Positions 29,885-39,376 of a stretch of DNA of 64,000 nucleotides are shown here, piece by piece (position 1 is the stretch's first letter; the number at the start of each line of letters is the position of its first letter). Source of the DNA: an uncultured Candidatus Saccharibacteria bacterium (lineage in GTDB: Bacteria > Patescibacteriota > WWE3 > UBA101185 > UBA10185); contig CAZXUJ010000001.1 in the NCBI GenBank assembly GCA_964643995.1, positions 273,492-337,491 of the forward strand. Direction: 5' to 3'. The notes beneath the pieces are model-generated. The model worked only from the letters and a program-made list of their open reading frames with translations. It had not been told where the DNA came from and made no database searches. The translations under genes were made by a program, and so were the position numbers.

Positions 29885-30853
29885 ATGAAAACTCTTGATC
29901 AAGCTAATATCACTGCTGGAACTAAAGTATTGATTAGATCAGACCTAGATGTACCAATTAAAAACAACATAATTACAAATGAATACAGACTCATACAAAG
30001 TTTAGGAACGATTAAATATGTGCTAGAAAAGGGTGGGTATCCAATAATATGCGGACACATAGGAAAACCTGATGGAAAAGTAGTTCCAGAACTAAGCACT
30101 ACCTTGTTGAAACTGTGGTATACCTCACACCTTGGCTCTGCTAAATTCGAACTTATTGAAAACCTCCGCTTTGATCCCCGAGAAGAAAGCAACGATGATT
30201 CGTTTGCAAAAGAGCTAGCAAGTCATGCGGACATCTATGTCAATGACTCATTTGCAACATGTCACCGAGAACACGCATCAATAGTGTCAATACCTAGGTT
30301 ACTACCATGTTTCGCAGGAGTTAGACTTGAACTTGAGATTAACAATTTGAATAAACTGCTTGAAAATCCAGAACGCCCTTTTGTATGCGTGGTTGGAGGC
30401 ATAAAGCTTGAAAGTAAAAAGCCAGCTCTTTTGAAGATGCTGAGTATAGCGGATGTTGTACTAGTCGGTGGGCGTCTGGGATTAGACTGGAAGGAGGATA
30501 TCCCATCAAACCTGCACCTACCTTCGGACTACGCTACAACATTTGCAGACATTGGTCCTAACACGATTAACACTTTTAATGATAAAATCTCAAACGCAAA
30601 AACAATTGTATGGACAGGACCCGTCGGAGCATATGAAAAGGAGGAGTTTAGCATTGGAACCAAAGCAATAGCTACAAAAGTTGTAGAGGCCACAAGAAAC
30701 GGAGCATTCACGTTTATCGGCGGCGGAAATACAATTGAGGCTCTTGAAAAACTTGGTTTCTTGGACGAAGTCAGCTTTGTCTCCACTGGGGGAGGTGCAA
30801 TGTTACAGTATCTCGTTGACGGCACTTTGCCTGGAATAACTGCTCTAAACTAA
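29885..30853 (+). CDS. pgk: Phosphoglycerate kinase (short, divergent)
   Basis: ENLRF, NDSFATCHR, STGGGA motifs; 322 aa. Confidence 0.93.
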   Translation: MKTLDQANITAGTKVLIRSDLDVPIKNNIITNEYRLIQSLGTIKYVLEKGGYPIICGHIGKPDGKVVPELSTTLLKLWYTSHLGSAKFELIENLRFDPREESNDDSFAKELASHADIYVNDSFATCHREHASIVSIPRLLPCFAGVRLELEINNLNKLLENPERPFVCVVGGIKLESKKPALLKMLSIADVVLVGGRLGLDWKEDIPSNLHLPSDYATTFADIGPNTINTFNDKISNAKTIVWTGPVGAYEKEEFSIGTKAIATKVVEATRNGAFTFIGGGNTIEALEKLGFLDEVSFVSTGGGAMLQYLVDGTLPGITALN

Positions 30854-30859
30854 TACATT

Positions 30860-31138
30860 ATGGCAAAAACTCTTAAAATCACCTTTCCAGAGAAATGTAT
30901 AGGTTGTGAACTTTGCGTAGCAGAAGTTCAACGACAAATGAATAAAGTGGGACTTGATGGCTCCCTCATAAGAGTGTTTCGAAACAACGAAGACCACAAT
31001 GCGTTTGGAAACGTAACTTACATTATTGAACTAGATAATACTGTTGACTCTTTGGCAGTTAGTAAAATCAAGGATATTTGTCCAACAGGTGTGTTCACAG
31101 TGGAAGAAAAAACCGAATCAGCTAATTTACTAGAATAG
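30860..31138 (+). CDS. 4Fe-4S ferredoxin-like protein
   Basis: CIGCELC and ICPTG. Confidence 0.8.
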   Translation: MAKTLKITFPEKCIGCELCVAEVQRQMNKVGLDGSLIRVFRNNEDHNAFGNVTYIIELDNTVDSLAVSKIKDICPTGVFTVEEKTESANLLE

Positions 31139-31139
31139 A

Positions 31140-31973
31140 ATGTTAAAAAAAATACTTTTTGTAAATTTAAAGAAAGAAACATTTGAAGTTAAGGCAATGC
31201 CTGAACTTGATAAATATATTGGAGGATTAGGGATTGGGCTAAAGTTGCTACAAGAATATGCGGATCAAGATCCAGTTATATTTTCGATTGGGCCACTAAA
31301 TGGTTTTTTCCCATTCGCTTCAAAAACTTCGATCATATTTCAGCACGAGGGTGTTGTTGAAGATATATATGTTGGAGGTACTCTATCAAGTCGAATTAGG
31401 TTTTCGGGACTAGATTCAATAGTGCTACTCAACAAATCCGAAAAACCACAAGTATTAGATATTACAGACGAAAATGTTACATTTCGATCAACAGAAGTAG
31501 ATCCAAACAACCTGGGATTACCTGGGAAAAGAAGTGTTATAAAGCCGGTACTGGATAAATTTGTCTTGGACAGCTATTTTGAGACACCAGAGAAACTTCT
31601 CGAAGAGAAACTCGTTAAAAAAAATGTGCGTGGTATGGTAGTGACTGGAACAAAAGTTTATGAGGTAGTTAATAGAGAACGCTACGAGGAGCTGTACACC
31701 AAGATTTTAAGTAGAACTAACGAAGTTACTGTAGAAAAGGCTAGCAACCCATCTTGTGCTGGATGCCCTGTAGGATGTAAACATTCAAAGGTTGGTGAAA
31801 TTGGTGGCAATGTACTTGTGCATAGTTTGGTGGGATGCGCGTTTTCAGAGAACATATATTCAAACATTGGAATAGTATTTTCGTGTTTGAACATTTTAGG
31901 CTATGATTATACCCACGAGGATATCGAAGCACTTCCAGTACTAATTAATGATTTACTTAAAGAATTAGCATGA
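31140..31973 (+). CDS. Short aldehyde:ferredoxin oxidoreductase-family protein (GAPOR/GOR-like context)
   Basis: KILFVNL, YIGGLG, IFSIGPLNG, FSGLDSIVL...SEKP match the AOR N-terminal domain; CAGCPVGC cluster motif; only 277 aa. Confidence 0.75.
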   Translation: MLKKILFVNLKKETFEVKAMPELDKYIGGLGIGLKLLQEYADQDPVIFSIGPLNGFFPFASKTSIIFQHEGVVEDIYVGGTLSSRIRFSGLDSIVLLNKSEKPQVLDITDENVTFRSTEVDPNNLGLPGKRSVIKPVLDKFVLDSYFETPEKLLEEKLVKKNVRGMVVTGTKVYEVVNRERYEELYTKILSRTNEVTVEKASNPSCAGCPVGCKHSKVGEIGGNVLVHSLVGCAFSENIYSNIGIVFSCLNILGYDYTHEDIEALPVLINDLLKELA

Positions 31974-32617
31974 AAAAATATATAGTAGCTAACTGGAAAA
32001 TGCATATGAACAGAGAAAACGTAAATCATTGGTTGACCGATTGGAAAACACTTGCAAATCACCAGATAGACAACGTAATAATTGTAGCACCATCATTTTT
32101 ACACCTAAGCTTATTCACAGACACATCACAAATTTTTCTGGCAGGCCAGGACATTTCCGAAAACGAAAAGGGATCTCACACTGGCGATGTGGCCTCCTTT
32201 CAACTTAAGGATTACTGTCAGTACTGTATCGTGGGACATAGTGAAAGGTCCGAAAAGAAGGAAGCGGTAATAAAAAAAGCACAAAGATGCATAGAAGCAG
32301 GCATTAAACCAATAATCTGTTTTGCTAATCCCCACCAAGCTGGAGAGTACCTAGTTGATGGTGCCATGCTGACTTGGGAAGACCCAAGCAACATCTCGGT
32401 TGATGGTGTTTTCCGCCCAAAGAACCCAGAGGAAATTGCAATGGAAACTAAAAAAATCAGATCACTAATACCTTTGCAAACTGTACTTTTGTATGGAGGT
32501 TCGGTAAACGAATCAAATATATCGGCAATAAATGCAATATCAGAACTTAACGGCGTACTGGTTGGGGCGGCAAGCCTTAATGCCCAAAGTTTTTACAATA
32601 TTGCAACTGCTAAATAA
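31970..32617 (+). CDS. tpiA: Triosephosphate isomerase
   Basis: ANWK, HTGD, GHSER, YGGSV, LVGAAS motifs. Confidence 0.95.
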   Translation: MKKYIVANWKMHMNRENVNHWLTDWKTLANHQIDNVIIVAPSFLHLSLFTDTSQIFLAGQDISENEKGSHTGDVASFQLKDYCQYCIVGHSERSEKKEAVIKKAQRCIEAGIKPIICFANPHQAGEYLVDGAMLTWEDPSNISVDGVFRPKNPEEIAMETKKIRSLIPLQTVLLYGGSVNESNISAINAISELNGVLVGAASLNAQSFYNIATAK

Positions 32618-32621
32618 ATAT

Positions 32622-33692
32622 ATGAAATATGTAAACTTTTCTAAAAATGAACAGATAAGAAGTATTATAGAAAATAACGAAAGAAAGGGTAGTAAAAAAA
32701 GAACTAGATGGCCTTTGTTCATAATTTGTTTTTCATTATTAATGCTCTTTTCCTACCTTGTCTTTGGACAAAAAGTTAGGGCAATTTTCGACCCGATTTC
32801 TATAGTGGCTAACATGAATAATGCCAAATTGGAGGAAACAGACGGCAGAACAAACATACTTTTACTGGGATCTGATAAAAGATCCATCGGAAACGTCACT
32901 TCGGTACTTACGGACACCATACTTGTAGCATCTATTGGAAGAGTGGAAAAAGATGTTATCTTGATATCTCTTCCTAGAGATTTATGGGTGAGAAGTCCCC
33001 AAGGGTTTTTCACGAAAATTAATGCAGTATATGCATATGGCGGTGGTGACGACATGAAAGAGGTTGTTGAAGAAGTTCTGGGACTACCTTTGCACTATTA
33101 TGCAGTCGTCGACTTTAAACTATTCACTGAGACCATAGATGTCTTGGGCGGTGTCGACGTTGAGGTAGCTAATTCGTTTACAGATTACAACTATCCCGTG
33201 GAGGGAAAGGAAGATGCTCCACTAAACGAAAGGTATGAAGTAATCAAATTTGATCAGGGTGTACAAACAATGGACGGTGAAAGAGCCTTAAAATTTGTTA
33301 GATCAAGAAAAGGCGATAACGGTGAAGGTACCGATTTCGCCAGAGCTGCCCGACAACAAAAGGTAATAATGGCAATCAAAGATAAAGCACTTTCACTGGA
33401 TACTATAATGAACCCTACAAAGATAAAAAACCTATATGATACATATCGGGGTAACGTTGACACGGATTTAACGTTGGGCGATATACAAAATTTTTATTTG
33501 CTGTCACAACAAATAAGCTTTGATTCTGTTAAATCGATTGTGCTTGATGATCGTAGTGCGGCAGAGGAAGGCGGCCTCTTGTATTCCCCCGAGGACACAA
33601 GCCTCTACAACGGTGCCTATGTACTACTTCCAAAGACTGGAGATTTCTCCCAAGTTCACGCCTATGTTCAAAAATACATATTCGGTGAATAG
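32622..33692 (+). CDS. LytR-CpsA-Psr (LCP) family cell-wall ligase
   Basis: N-terminal TM; NILLLGSD, SLPRD, KINAVY, DFARAARQQ; start at ATG 32622. Confidence 0.92.
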   Translation: MKYVNFSKNEQIRSIIENNERKGSKKRTRWPLFIICFSLLMLFSYLVFGQKVRAIFDPISIVANMNNAKLEETDGRTNILLLGSDKRSIGNVTSVLTDTILVASIGRVEKDVILISLPRDLWVRSPQGFFTKINAVYAYGGGDDMKEVVEEVLGLPLHYYAVVDFKLFTETIDVLGGVDVEVANSFTDYNYPVEGKEDAPLNERYEVIKFDQGVQTMDGERALKFVRSRKGDNGEGTDFARAARQQKVIMAIKDKALSLDTIMNPTKIKNLYDTYRGNVDTDLTLGDIQNFYLLSQQISFDSVKSIVLDDRSAAEEGGLLYSPEDTSLYNGAYVLLPKTGDFSQVHAYVQKYIFGE

Positions 33693-33698
33693 TTACAT

Positions 33699-34421
33699 AT
33701 GATCATCATCCTACACGGAGAGAACATAGCAAAATCAAGAACACTAATTTCACAACTAAAAGCTAAACTTGACCTTAAGACATCGGATAAAAACCTAAAC
33801 GCTCTAAAAAAGGACCTTGATATAGCTGATATCACACCTGGATTACTTAACGAAACGATTTTATCGTATGATTTATTTTCCGAACCACCATTTATAATTT
33901 TAGAGGTCTCAAACGCAAGTAGAAAAAATCTAGATGCTTACATTGAGGTATTGATGAAGGTACCTCAAGAAGTTACTTTGGTAATCTATTCGAAAAAAGA
34001 GCTTTCTAGATCCAATGTGTTCATTAAAAATGCAGCAAAATTACGTGCAAAAGTTTTGGAAAACATACAGGAACCAAATTCAAACATATTCGCATTTGTG
34101 GACGCTTTATGGAGTAAAAACAGAAAAAAGATTTATGAGGAATACACAAGTTTAATCGCAGATGGAGAAGAACCTTTCTATATATTTACAATGCTTATTT
34201 TTGGATTGCGAAATATTACATACGCCAAACTGGATTCTAAAGAATTAGTACAGAATGCCCCATTCGTTGCTCAAAAAGCTTTTAGACAAGCAAAAGAATT
34301 CAGCATAGATAAACTTCTTGATCTATATAGGGTAGCCTATCAAATGGATAAATCCCTAAAAACGGGCAAAATTAATATAGAACACGCAATTCCATTGATG
34401 ATTGAAAAAGTGTTAACATAG
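33699..34421 (+). CDS. holA: DNA polymerase III delta subunit
   Basis: MIIILHGE start, NIFAFVDA, DKSLKTG C-terminal motif; near rpsT. Confidence 0.8.
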   Translation: MIIILHGENIAKSRTLISQLKAKLDLKTSDKNLNALKKDLDIADITPGLLNETILSYDLFSEPPFIILEVSNASRKNLDAYIEVLMKVPQEVTLVIYSKKELSRSNVFIKNAAKLRAKVLENIQEPNSNIFAFVDALWSKNRKKIYEEYTSLIADGEEPFYIFTMLIFGLRNITYAKLDSKELVQNAPFVAQKAFRQAKEFSIDKLLDLYRVAYQMDKSLKTGKINIEHAIPLMIEKVLT

Positions 34422-34426
34422 GTATA

Positions 34427-35158
34427 ATGTCTGATTTTTTTCCAAAAAAATATGTAAAGGCTGAACCTTATGATCCCTTAGGCAAACAGTTAAACTTAAA
34501 GTTTACTATCCGCTCAAGAGTCTTACCCTATACCTTACCAACTGTAGCGATTTTCCTACTTACCACGCAAGTAGTATTGCCTCTGATTTCGTTTAGTACA
34601 CAAGATGAGATTTCCAAACCTGTGTCACAGAGTGCTTTGGGCTATGCAACAGGATTTAGGGAGTTTGATTTCATGGAATTGAATGACTCCGTTCTCGGTT
34701 CCACTACAGATGGTACTAATTCAACTGTCCCAGAGCATTTTTATATTACAATACCAAAATTGCGTATTCAGGATGCACTAGTAGAAACTAATGCAAAAAC
34801 ACTGAATCCTGATTTGGCTCTTGGACACTATACTGGATCCGCCCTTCCTGGTGAAGTGGGAAATACTTTTATATATGGGCACTCTGTATTGCCATTTTTT
34901 TACAATCCAAAGAATTACAAGACCATCTTCTCAACTTTACATAATCTAGAAGCTGGAGACGAAGTAATTATCAATTATAACAACAGAACACTCACATACA
35001 AAGTCGAAAAGAAACAGGACTTAAGGCCACAAGACGTAGAACCATTAGCGACCATTAAGCCTGCATATTTGAACGACTCTACTTTGGTACTAATGACATG
35101 CTCACCCGCTGGTACAAAAATTAAAAGATTGTTGGTTGAAGCAATACTAGTTAACTAG
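34427..35158 (+). CDS. Sortase
   Basis: N-terminal TM; ITIPKL, GNTFIYGHS (His), LVLMTC (Cys), KRLLV (Arg). Confidence 0.92.
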   Translation: MSDFFPKKYVKAEPYDPLGKQLNLKFTIRSRVLPYTLPTVAIFLLTTQVVLPLISFSTQDEISKPVSQSALGYATGFREFDFMELNDSVLGSTTDGTNSTVPEHFYITIPKLRIQDALVETNAKTLNPDLALGHYTGSALPGEVGNTFIYGHSVLPFFYNPKNYKTIFSTLHNLEAGDEVIINYNNRTLTYKVEKKQDLRPQDVEPLATIKPAYLNDSTLVLMTCSPAGTKIKRLLVEAILVN

Positions 35159-35171
35159 GAACTAGTGGAAG

Positions 35172-35660
35172 TTAAAGGTCGTGCATTGCATCTTCTTCAA
35201 ATTTGGAGAGTGCGTACTTTCGGGGATTTAGAACCAGCATATAAACAAAAAACCCTATCAGCGATAATGAAGTGAGCAAGGCTACGGTTATAGTAAAGTC
35301 ACCAGTCTCAGGCACAGGTGTGGTACTTTGAGTAGTTTGTGAGGTTGCCCCAGCAAGTACAACTCTAGAAGGGGAATCTATCTTCTGACTCGAGAGTTTG
35401 CCGAAAGGTGTGTCTTCTGAAGTAGCAGATGTATTGTCGATATAAGCCACTTCTTTAGTTACATCAACTTTTGGAGTTTCTGCTACTTCTTCAATGGTCT
35501 TTGTGTAACCTAGTGTATTGGACTTTTCATCTTCAATACTTATTTCATTAGCTGAAGTATCCGATAGTAAGTAATAGAAGAACCCAAATACCAATAGTGA
35601 AACACCAAAGGTAATCAAGAAAGTCTTAAATCCATTTTTTGCTTGTTCAGAATTGTTCAT
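35172..35660 (-). CDS. Membrane protein with LPXTG-like sorting signal (VPETG)
   Basis: N-terminal TM, Thr/Ser-rich linker, VPETG followed by a hydrophobic helix and NPRK. Confidence 0.7.
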   Translation of the reverse strand: MNNSEQAKNGFKTFLITFGVSLLVFGFFYYLLSDTSANEISIEDEKSNTLGYTKTIEEVAETPKVDVTKEVAYIDNTSATSEDTPFGKLSSQKIDSPSRVVLAGATSQTTQSTTPVPETGDFTITVALLTSLSLIGFFVYMLVLNPRKYALSKFEEDAMHDL

Positions 35661-35672
35661 AGGCAGGACCTA

Positions 35673-35846
35673 CTAGAAGCTTTTTTTTCTAATAAAGTCA
35701 GTATCCAGATCTATACTCAAAGGCTCAGCTAAATCTTTTGTGCGTTGAGTAATATTATACGGGTTTTTTATCTGCTTAAATCCAAATAAAAATCCTAATA
35801 AAAGTATAAGCACACTAAATAAAAAAATCAACAAGACATGCTTCAT
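35673..35846 (-). CDS. 57-aa small membrane protein (not in ORF track)
   Basis: ATGA overlap with the pilO-like stop; MKHVLLIFLFSVLILLLGFLFGFKQ... Confidence 0.6.
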   Translation of the reverse strand: MKHVLLIFLFSVLILLLGFLFGFKQIKNPYNITQRTKDLAEPLSIDLDTDFIRKKSF

Positions 35847-36424
35847 AAAATCACCTGAGAAATTTTAAACTCAATATTAATACGTAATTGGGAAGAGTCT
35901 GTGCTCTTAGTAGGGGTGGCGGAAACTTTAGATACACTAACAATACGTGTCATAGCCTCGAGGTCTTGAAGCAAATCTGGCAAATCCATCATACGCCCAA
36001 CAACATCTGTAGTAACTAGTAACTCACCGGAAGCGTCAGGTTGTGCAAAGATTATGCGGTCAAAAACGAAACCGTTTCTAGAATAAACCCTCGCCAATTC
36101 CTGGAGAAAATCAGAATTTGTTGACGATACAGGAATAGCTGTGTCCAGAAATTCAAGACCACGATTGTTTTTTATATAAGGTTCAAATTTTTCTATGACA
36201 TCTATGTTAGCCCGCAAGTTAGATTCTACTGTCTTGTACTCAGATAACACCCGATGTTTTTCCGAAAAAGTCTTGTAACCCTTAAAAATTCCAAAAAAAC
36301 CAAAGAATGCCAAGTTAAATGTTAACAATACAAGTAATATGATCGCCTGATTCTGAGGTTTAGAATCAATTTCACGAGCAATATAGGATTCAATAGTCTC
36401 TCGATCCATTGCTTTTTTTTTCAT
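35843..36424 (-). CDS. pilO: PilO-like type IV pilus assembly protein
   Basis: TM, coiled coil, LDTAIP, LEAMTRIVSV; follows a PilN-like gene. Confidence 0.7.
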   Translation of the reverse strand: MKKKAMDRETIESYIAREIDSKPQNQAIILLVLLTFNLAFFGFFGIFKGYKTFSEKHRVLSEYKTVESNLRANIDVIEKFEPYIKNNRGLEFLDTAIPVSSTNSDFLQELARVYSRNGFVFDRIIFAQPDASGELLVTTDVVGRMMDLPDLLQDLEAMTRIVSVSKVSATPTKSTDSSQLRINIEFKISQVIL

Positions 36425-37032
36425 CGCATACCTACTTCTAAGGTTACTTCGTAGGAACCTCTGTACGCTACGAGGGAGGCAGAATTTAATATAACTTGCT
36501 CTACATCAGTGACTTCCAAAAAACGATTTATTATGAGAGCAACAGACAGCGCATCTGTGGTTTCAAGTTTAATAAGCATTGCAAATGTTGTAGAGTCACC
36601 GGGTTTTAACCCAAGGGACATAACATCTACTGATGATGGTAAAAGACTAATAAGCTCCTCGGCTCTCTTGCCAAAAACTAGCCTGCTTGAGTCTACTGCT
36701 TTATATTTTTCGATTTGTTTATGGACTTGACGAGATTTCTCATAAACACTCGCTTTTTCAAGCAATTGATACTCTAAAGTTGTGACACGCTGCTCTGCGG
36801 AATCAAGCTGGTTGTTTACGATAAAATTAGCTATTATAGTGAGTATAAAACCCATTTGAATAAGGATAATAGGGTACCGAAACAACTTAACTATTTTGTC
36901 CTGATCAGTAACAATGAAATTAGTATCAATAAAACGATAATTGAGTAAATTAGGACTTTGACTTTGAGGTTGATTTTGACTTGGCTCTTGGCTTTGTCTT
37001 GGTTTGATTATTTTCTGAAGCAGGTCTTTCAT
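36421..37032 (-). CDS. pilN: PilN-like type IV pilus assembly protein
   Basis: TM, coiled coil, LISLLPSSV then a beta-rich domain; ATGA overlap with pilO. Confidence 0.6.
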   Translation of the reverse strand: MKDLLQKIIKPRQSQEPSQNQPQSQSPNLLNYRFIDTNFIVTDQDKIVKLFRYPIILIQMGFILTIIANFIVNNQLDSAEQRVTTLEYQLLEKASVYEKSRQVHKQIEKYKAVDSSRLVFGKRAEELISLLPSSVDVMSLGLKPGDSTTFAMLIKLETTDALSVALIINRFLEVTDVEQVILNSASLVAYRGSYEVTLEVGMR

Positions 37033-37294
37033 GGACAGAGATTTTCTTTGAAATTTTAGCCTTTATTCTATTTGCTTTATTCTTGTGTATAACATTATTC
37101 TTAGAAGCTTTATCCACAACCTTATATAACAGACTTTCTTCCTTTTTTATTATAGCAATATCAACTTCATCTGTATCAAGCTGTTTTCGAAGAGATTTTA
37201 AAACATCTTTAATACGTTTCTTCCAGAAGTCGTTTTGTATTTTTCTTTTATTTGATTGTCTCAAAGCTTTAGAAGCTGATCTAGTATTTGGCAT
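36950..37294 (-). CDS. rpsT: 30S ribosomal protein S20 with basic C-terminal tail
   Basis: MPNTRSASKALRQ start at 37294; DKASKNNVIHKNKANR. Confidence 0.93.
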   Translation of the reverse strand: MPNTRSASKALRQSNKRKIQNDFWKKRIKDVLKSLRKQLDTDEVDIAIIKKEESLLYKVVDKASKNNVIHKNKANRIKAKISKKISVHERPASENNQTKTKPRAKSKSTSKSKS

Positions 37295-37358
37295 AAGCGG
37301 TTGTATGATATAACATAATATCGTTAAAAGCAAAGGTCTTCTTGGATAAACCCACATT

Positions 37359-39044
37359 ATGAAATTTATAAAAAAACTGATTAGCAACCTCACAATAGAA
37401 GAACTACGAGGTAAACTTAACTTAGTTGGCAAAGCACAAACAACAATTATTTCAGCCGCCTTTGTTCTGTTTGTATCTAGTGGGCTGTCAGCTGCGCTTG
37501 GTCTTGTCAAAGGAAGGCTATTAACTGCAAACTTCGGAGTGTCAGAAGAACTTGGCATATTTTATACTGCCGATCGAATACCAAACCTAATTTACTCCGT
37601 TTTAGTTGTAGGCGCATTATCAACTATATTTATCCCTGTATTTACTGAGCTGATCTCAAAAAGTAAGAAACAAGCTTGGGAAGCAGCATCATCAATAATA
37701 ATAGTAGGTTTTGGCTTTTTTGCGATTATAAGCCTTATTGCTATGATATTTGCCCCACAAATAATAGCGGGCTTAGCACTTGGAGAATTTAGCGAGCAAC
37801 AGATTATGTTAGGGGCCGATCTGATGAGAATCATGATAGTAGCTCAAATAATACTGGTACTTAGCAGTTTCACTACATGTATACTGCAATCCTTCAAACT
37901 TTTTCTTGCACCAGCAATGGCACCTGTAGTCTACAACCTAGGAATGATATTAGGTGTGATTTTTCTATCAGATAAGTATGGGATGTATGGACCTGCGTAC
38001 GGAGTGATAATTGGTGCTTTACTACATTTTGCCATTCAACTGCCGGCTCTCAAAAAACTAGACTTTGACTTTGAGTTAAAAGTTGACTTAAAAAATAAAG
38101 GTATTCGCCATGTTTTTAAACTAATACCTCCCAGAATATTGAGTGTGGTTCTTAATCAATCTATCTCCACTATTAGTAACTCATTGGCAATTTTGGTATC
38201 GACGTCATCTGTAGTTATTTTAAAATTTTCAAGCCAGCTACAGTTCTTTCCAGTACACTTGTTTGGCGCATCTATGGCAGCAGCTTCTTTACCGGTACTA
38301 TCAGAATTAGCCGGACAAGACAATAAAAGTTTCAAAAAGGTATTTATAACTACACTACATCAAACACTCTTCATGGTACTACCAGCAAGTATGTTGTTAC
38401 TAATATTGAGGATGCCAATAGTCCGACTAGTATACGGTGTTGAGAATTTCCCATGGGAAGCGACAATAAAGACAGCCTATACTCTAGCCTTCTTTAGCGT
38501 TTCGATATTTTCACAAAGTGTTGTCTATTTATGTACACGTGCTTTCTACGCCCAAAAAGATACCATTACACCTGTGAAACTAAGCGTTCTATCGTTACTA
38601 ATAAATACCTTCGTTGCAGTTTACCTGGTCACAAAAATGGATTTCGGGGTCTGGGCTATAGCGCTATCCTATTCACTAGCGTCCCTGATAGAAATGTCAC
38701 TCTTAATTTATTACTTATCGAAAAAACTTGACGGCTTCACATTCGAGGAGCTGTTTGTCCCTTTTATAAAAATAGGTTATGCCACAGTATTTATGGGAAT
38801 GTTTATATATACACCACTTAAGATACTTGACCAGCAGGTTTTTGACACTTCAAGAACAATTAACCTCCTGGTTCTAACTATATTGGTCGCGCTCGCTGGA
38901 TCTGCTTCGTACATTGTATTTACCAAGCTCTTTAATGTTGTAGAGATTGAATTACTATACAAACTATTGAGAAAGTTCAAACTTAGATCACCTGAAAAGG
39001 CAATTCCAGCTACCGTAGTTTCAAGTACTTCCGACAACATTTAG
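37359..39044 (+). CDS. murJ: Lipid II flippase MurJ
   Basis: Multi-TM; RIPN, GALSTIFIP, RAFYAQKDT motifs. Confidence 0.93.
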   Translation: MKFIKKLISNLTIEELRGKLNLVGKAQTTIISAAFVLFVSSGLSAALGLVKGRLLTANFGVSEELGIFYTADRIPNLIYSVLVVGALSTIFIPVFTELISKSKKQAWEAASSIIIVGFGFFAIISLIAMIFAPQIIAGLALGEFSEQQIMLGADLMRIMIVAQIILVLSSFTTCILQSFKLFLAPAMAPVVYNLGMILGVIFLSDKYGMYGPAYGVIIGALLHFAIQLPALKKLDFDFELKVDLKNKGIRHVFKLIPPRILSVVLNQSISTISNSLAILVSTSSVVILKFSSQLQFFPVHLFGASMAAASLPVLSELAGQDNKSFKKVFITTLHQTLFMVLPASMLLLILRMPIVRLVYGVENFPWEATIKTAYTLAFFSVSIFSQSVVYLCTRAFYAQKDTITPVKLSVLSLLINTFVAVYLVTKMDFGVWAIALSYSLASLIEMSLLIYYLSKKLDGFTFEELFVPFIKIGYATVFMGMFIYTPLKILDQQVFDTSRTINLLVLTILVALAGSASYIVFTKLFNVVEIELLYKLLRKFKLRSPEKAIPATVVSSTSDNI

Positions 39045-39127
39045 GCAGCACTAGATAATAGACCTATAGCTATTTCCGGGTTATAATCCCCACACTTCGG
39101 AGCAAAAGGTAATAGGTAGAAAAACAA

Positions 39128-39376
39128 ATGGTAAGAGAAGCATCACGCGTTGGAACCTGGTTGATTGCGGCAGTAGTTGGGTTGCTAGTGTGATATGACA
39201 GTTGTGCGCAAGACAAAGCACAAGAGGGATCAAATCAGGTAGATCTCGCCGTAATAGATGGGGTGCAACCCAAAGATCCGGTGGCTGATGCATCTTATTT
39301 TGAACCACTTTTAGCTCAAATAGAGCAACTTCAAATACTTTACGAGACTTCAACTAAGGGGGACTCAGATGCTTAA
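39128..39376 (+). pseudogene. Small secreted protein gene with an in-frame TGA
   Basis: MVREASRVGTWLIAAVVGLLV*YDSCAQDK...; TGA at 39191, frame stays open to TAA 39376. Confidence 0.45.

Noticed and set aside
35673-35690. A8 run near the end of the 57-aa ORF as a phase-variation site
   Set aside because: A length change would alter only the last few residues, and there is no evidence of variation.
39081-39353. 90-aa minus-strand ORF
   Set aside because: Shadow of the plus-strand pseudogene, with no protein-like features.
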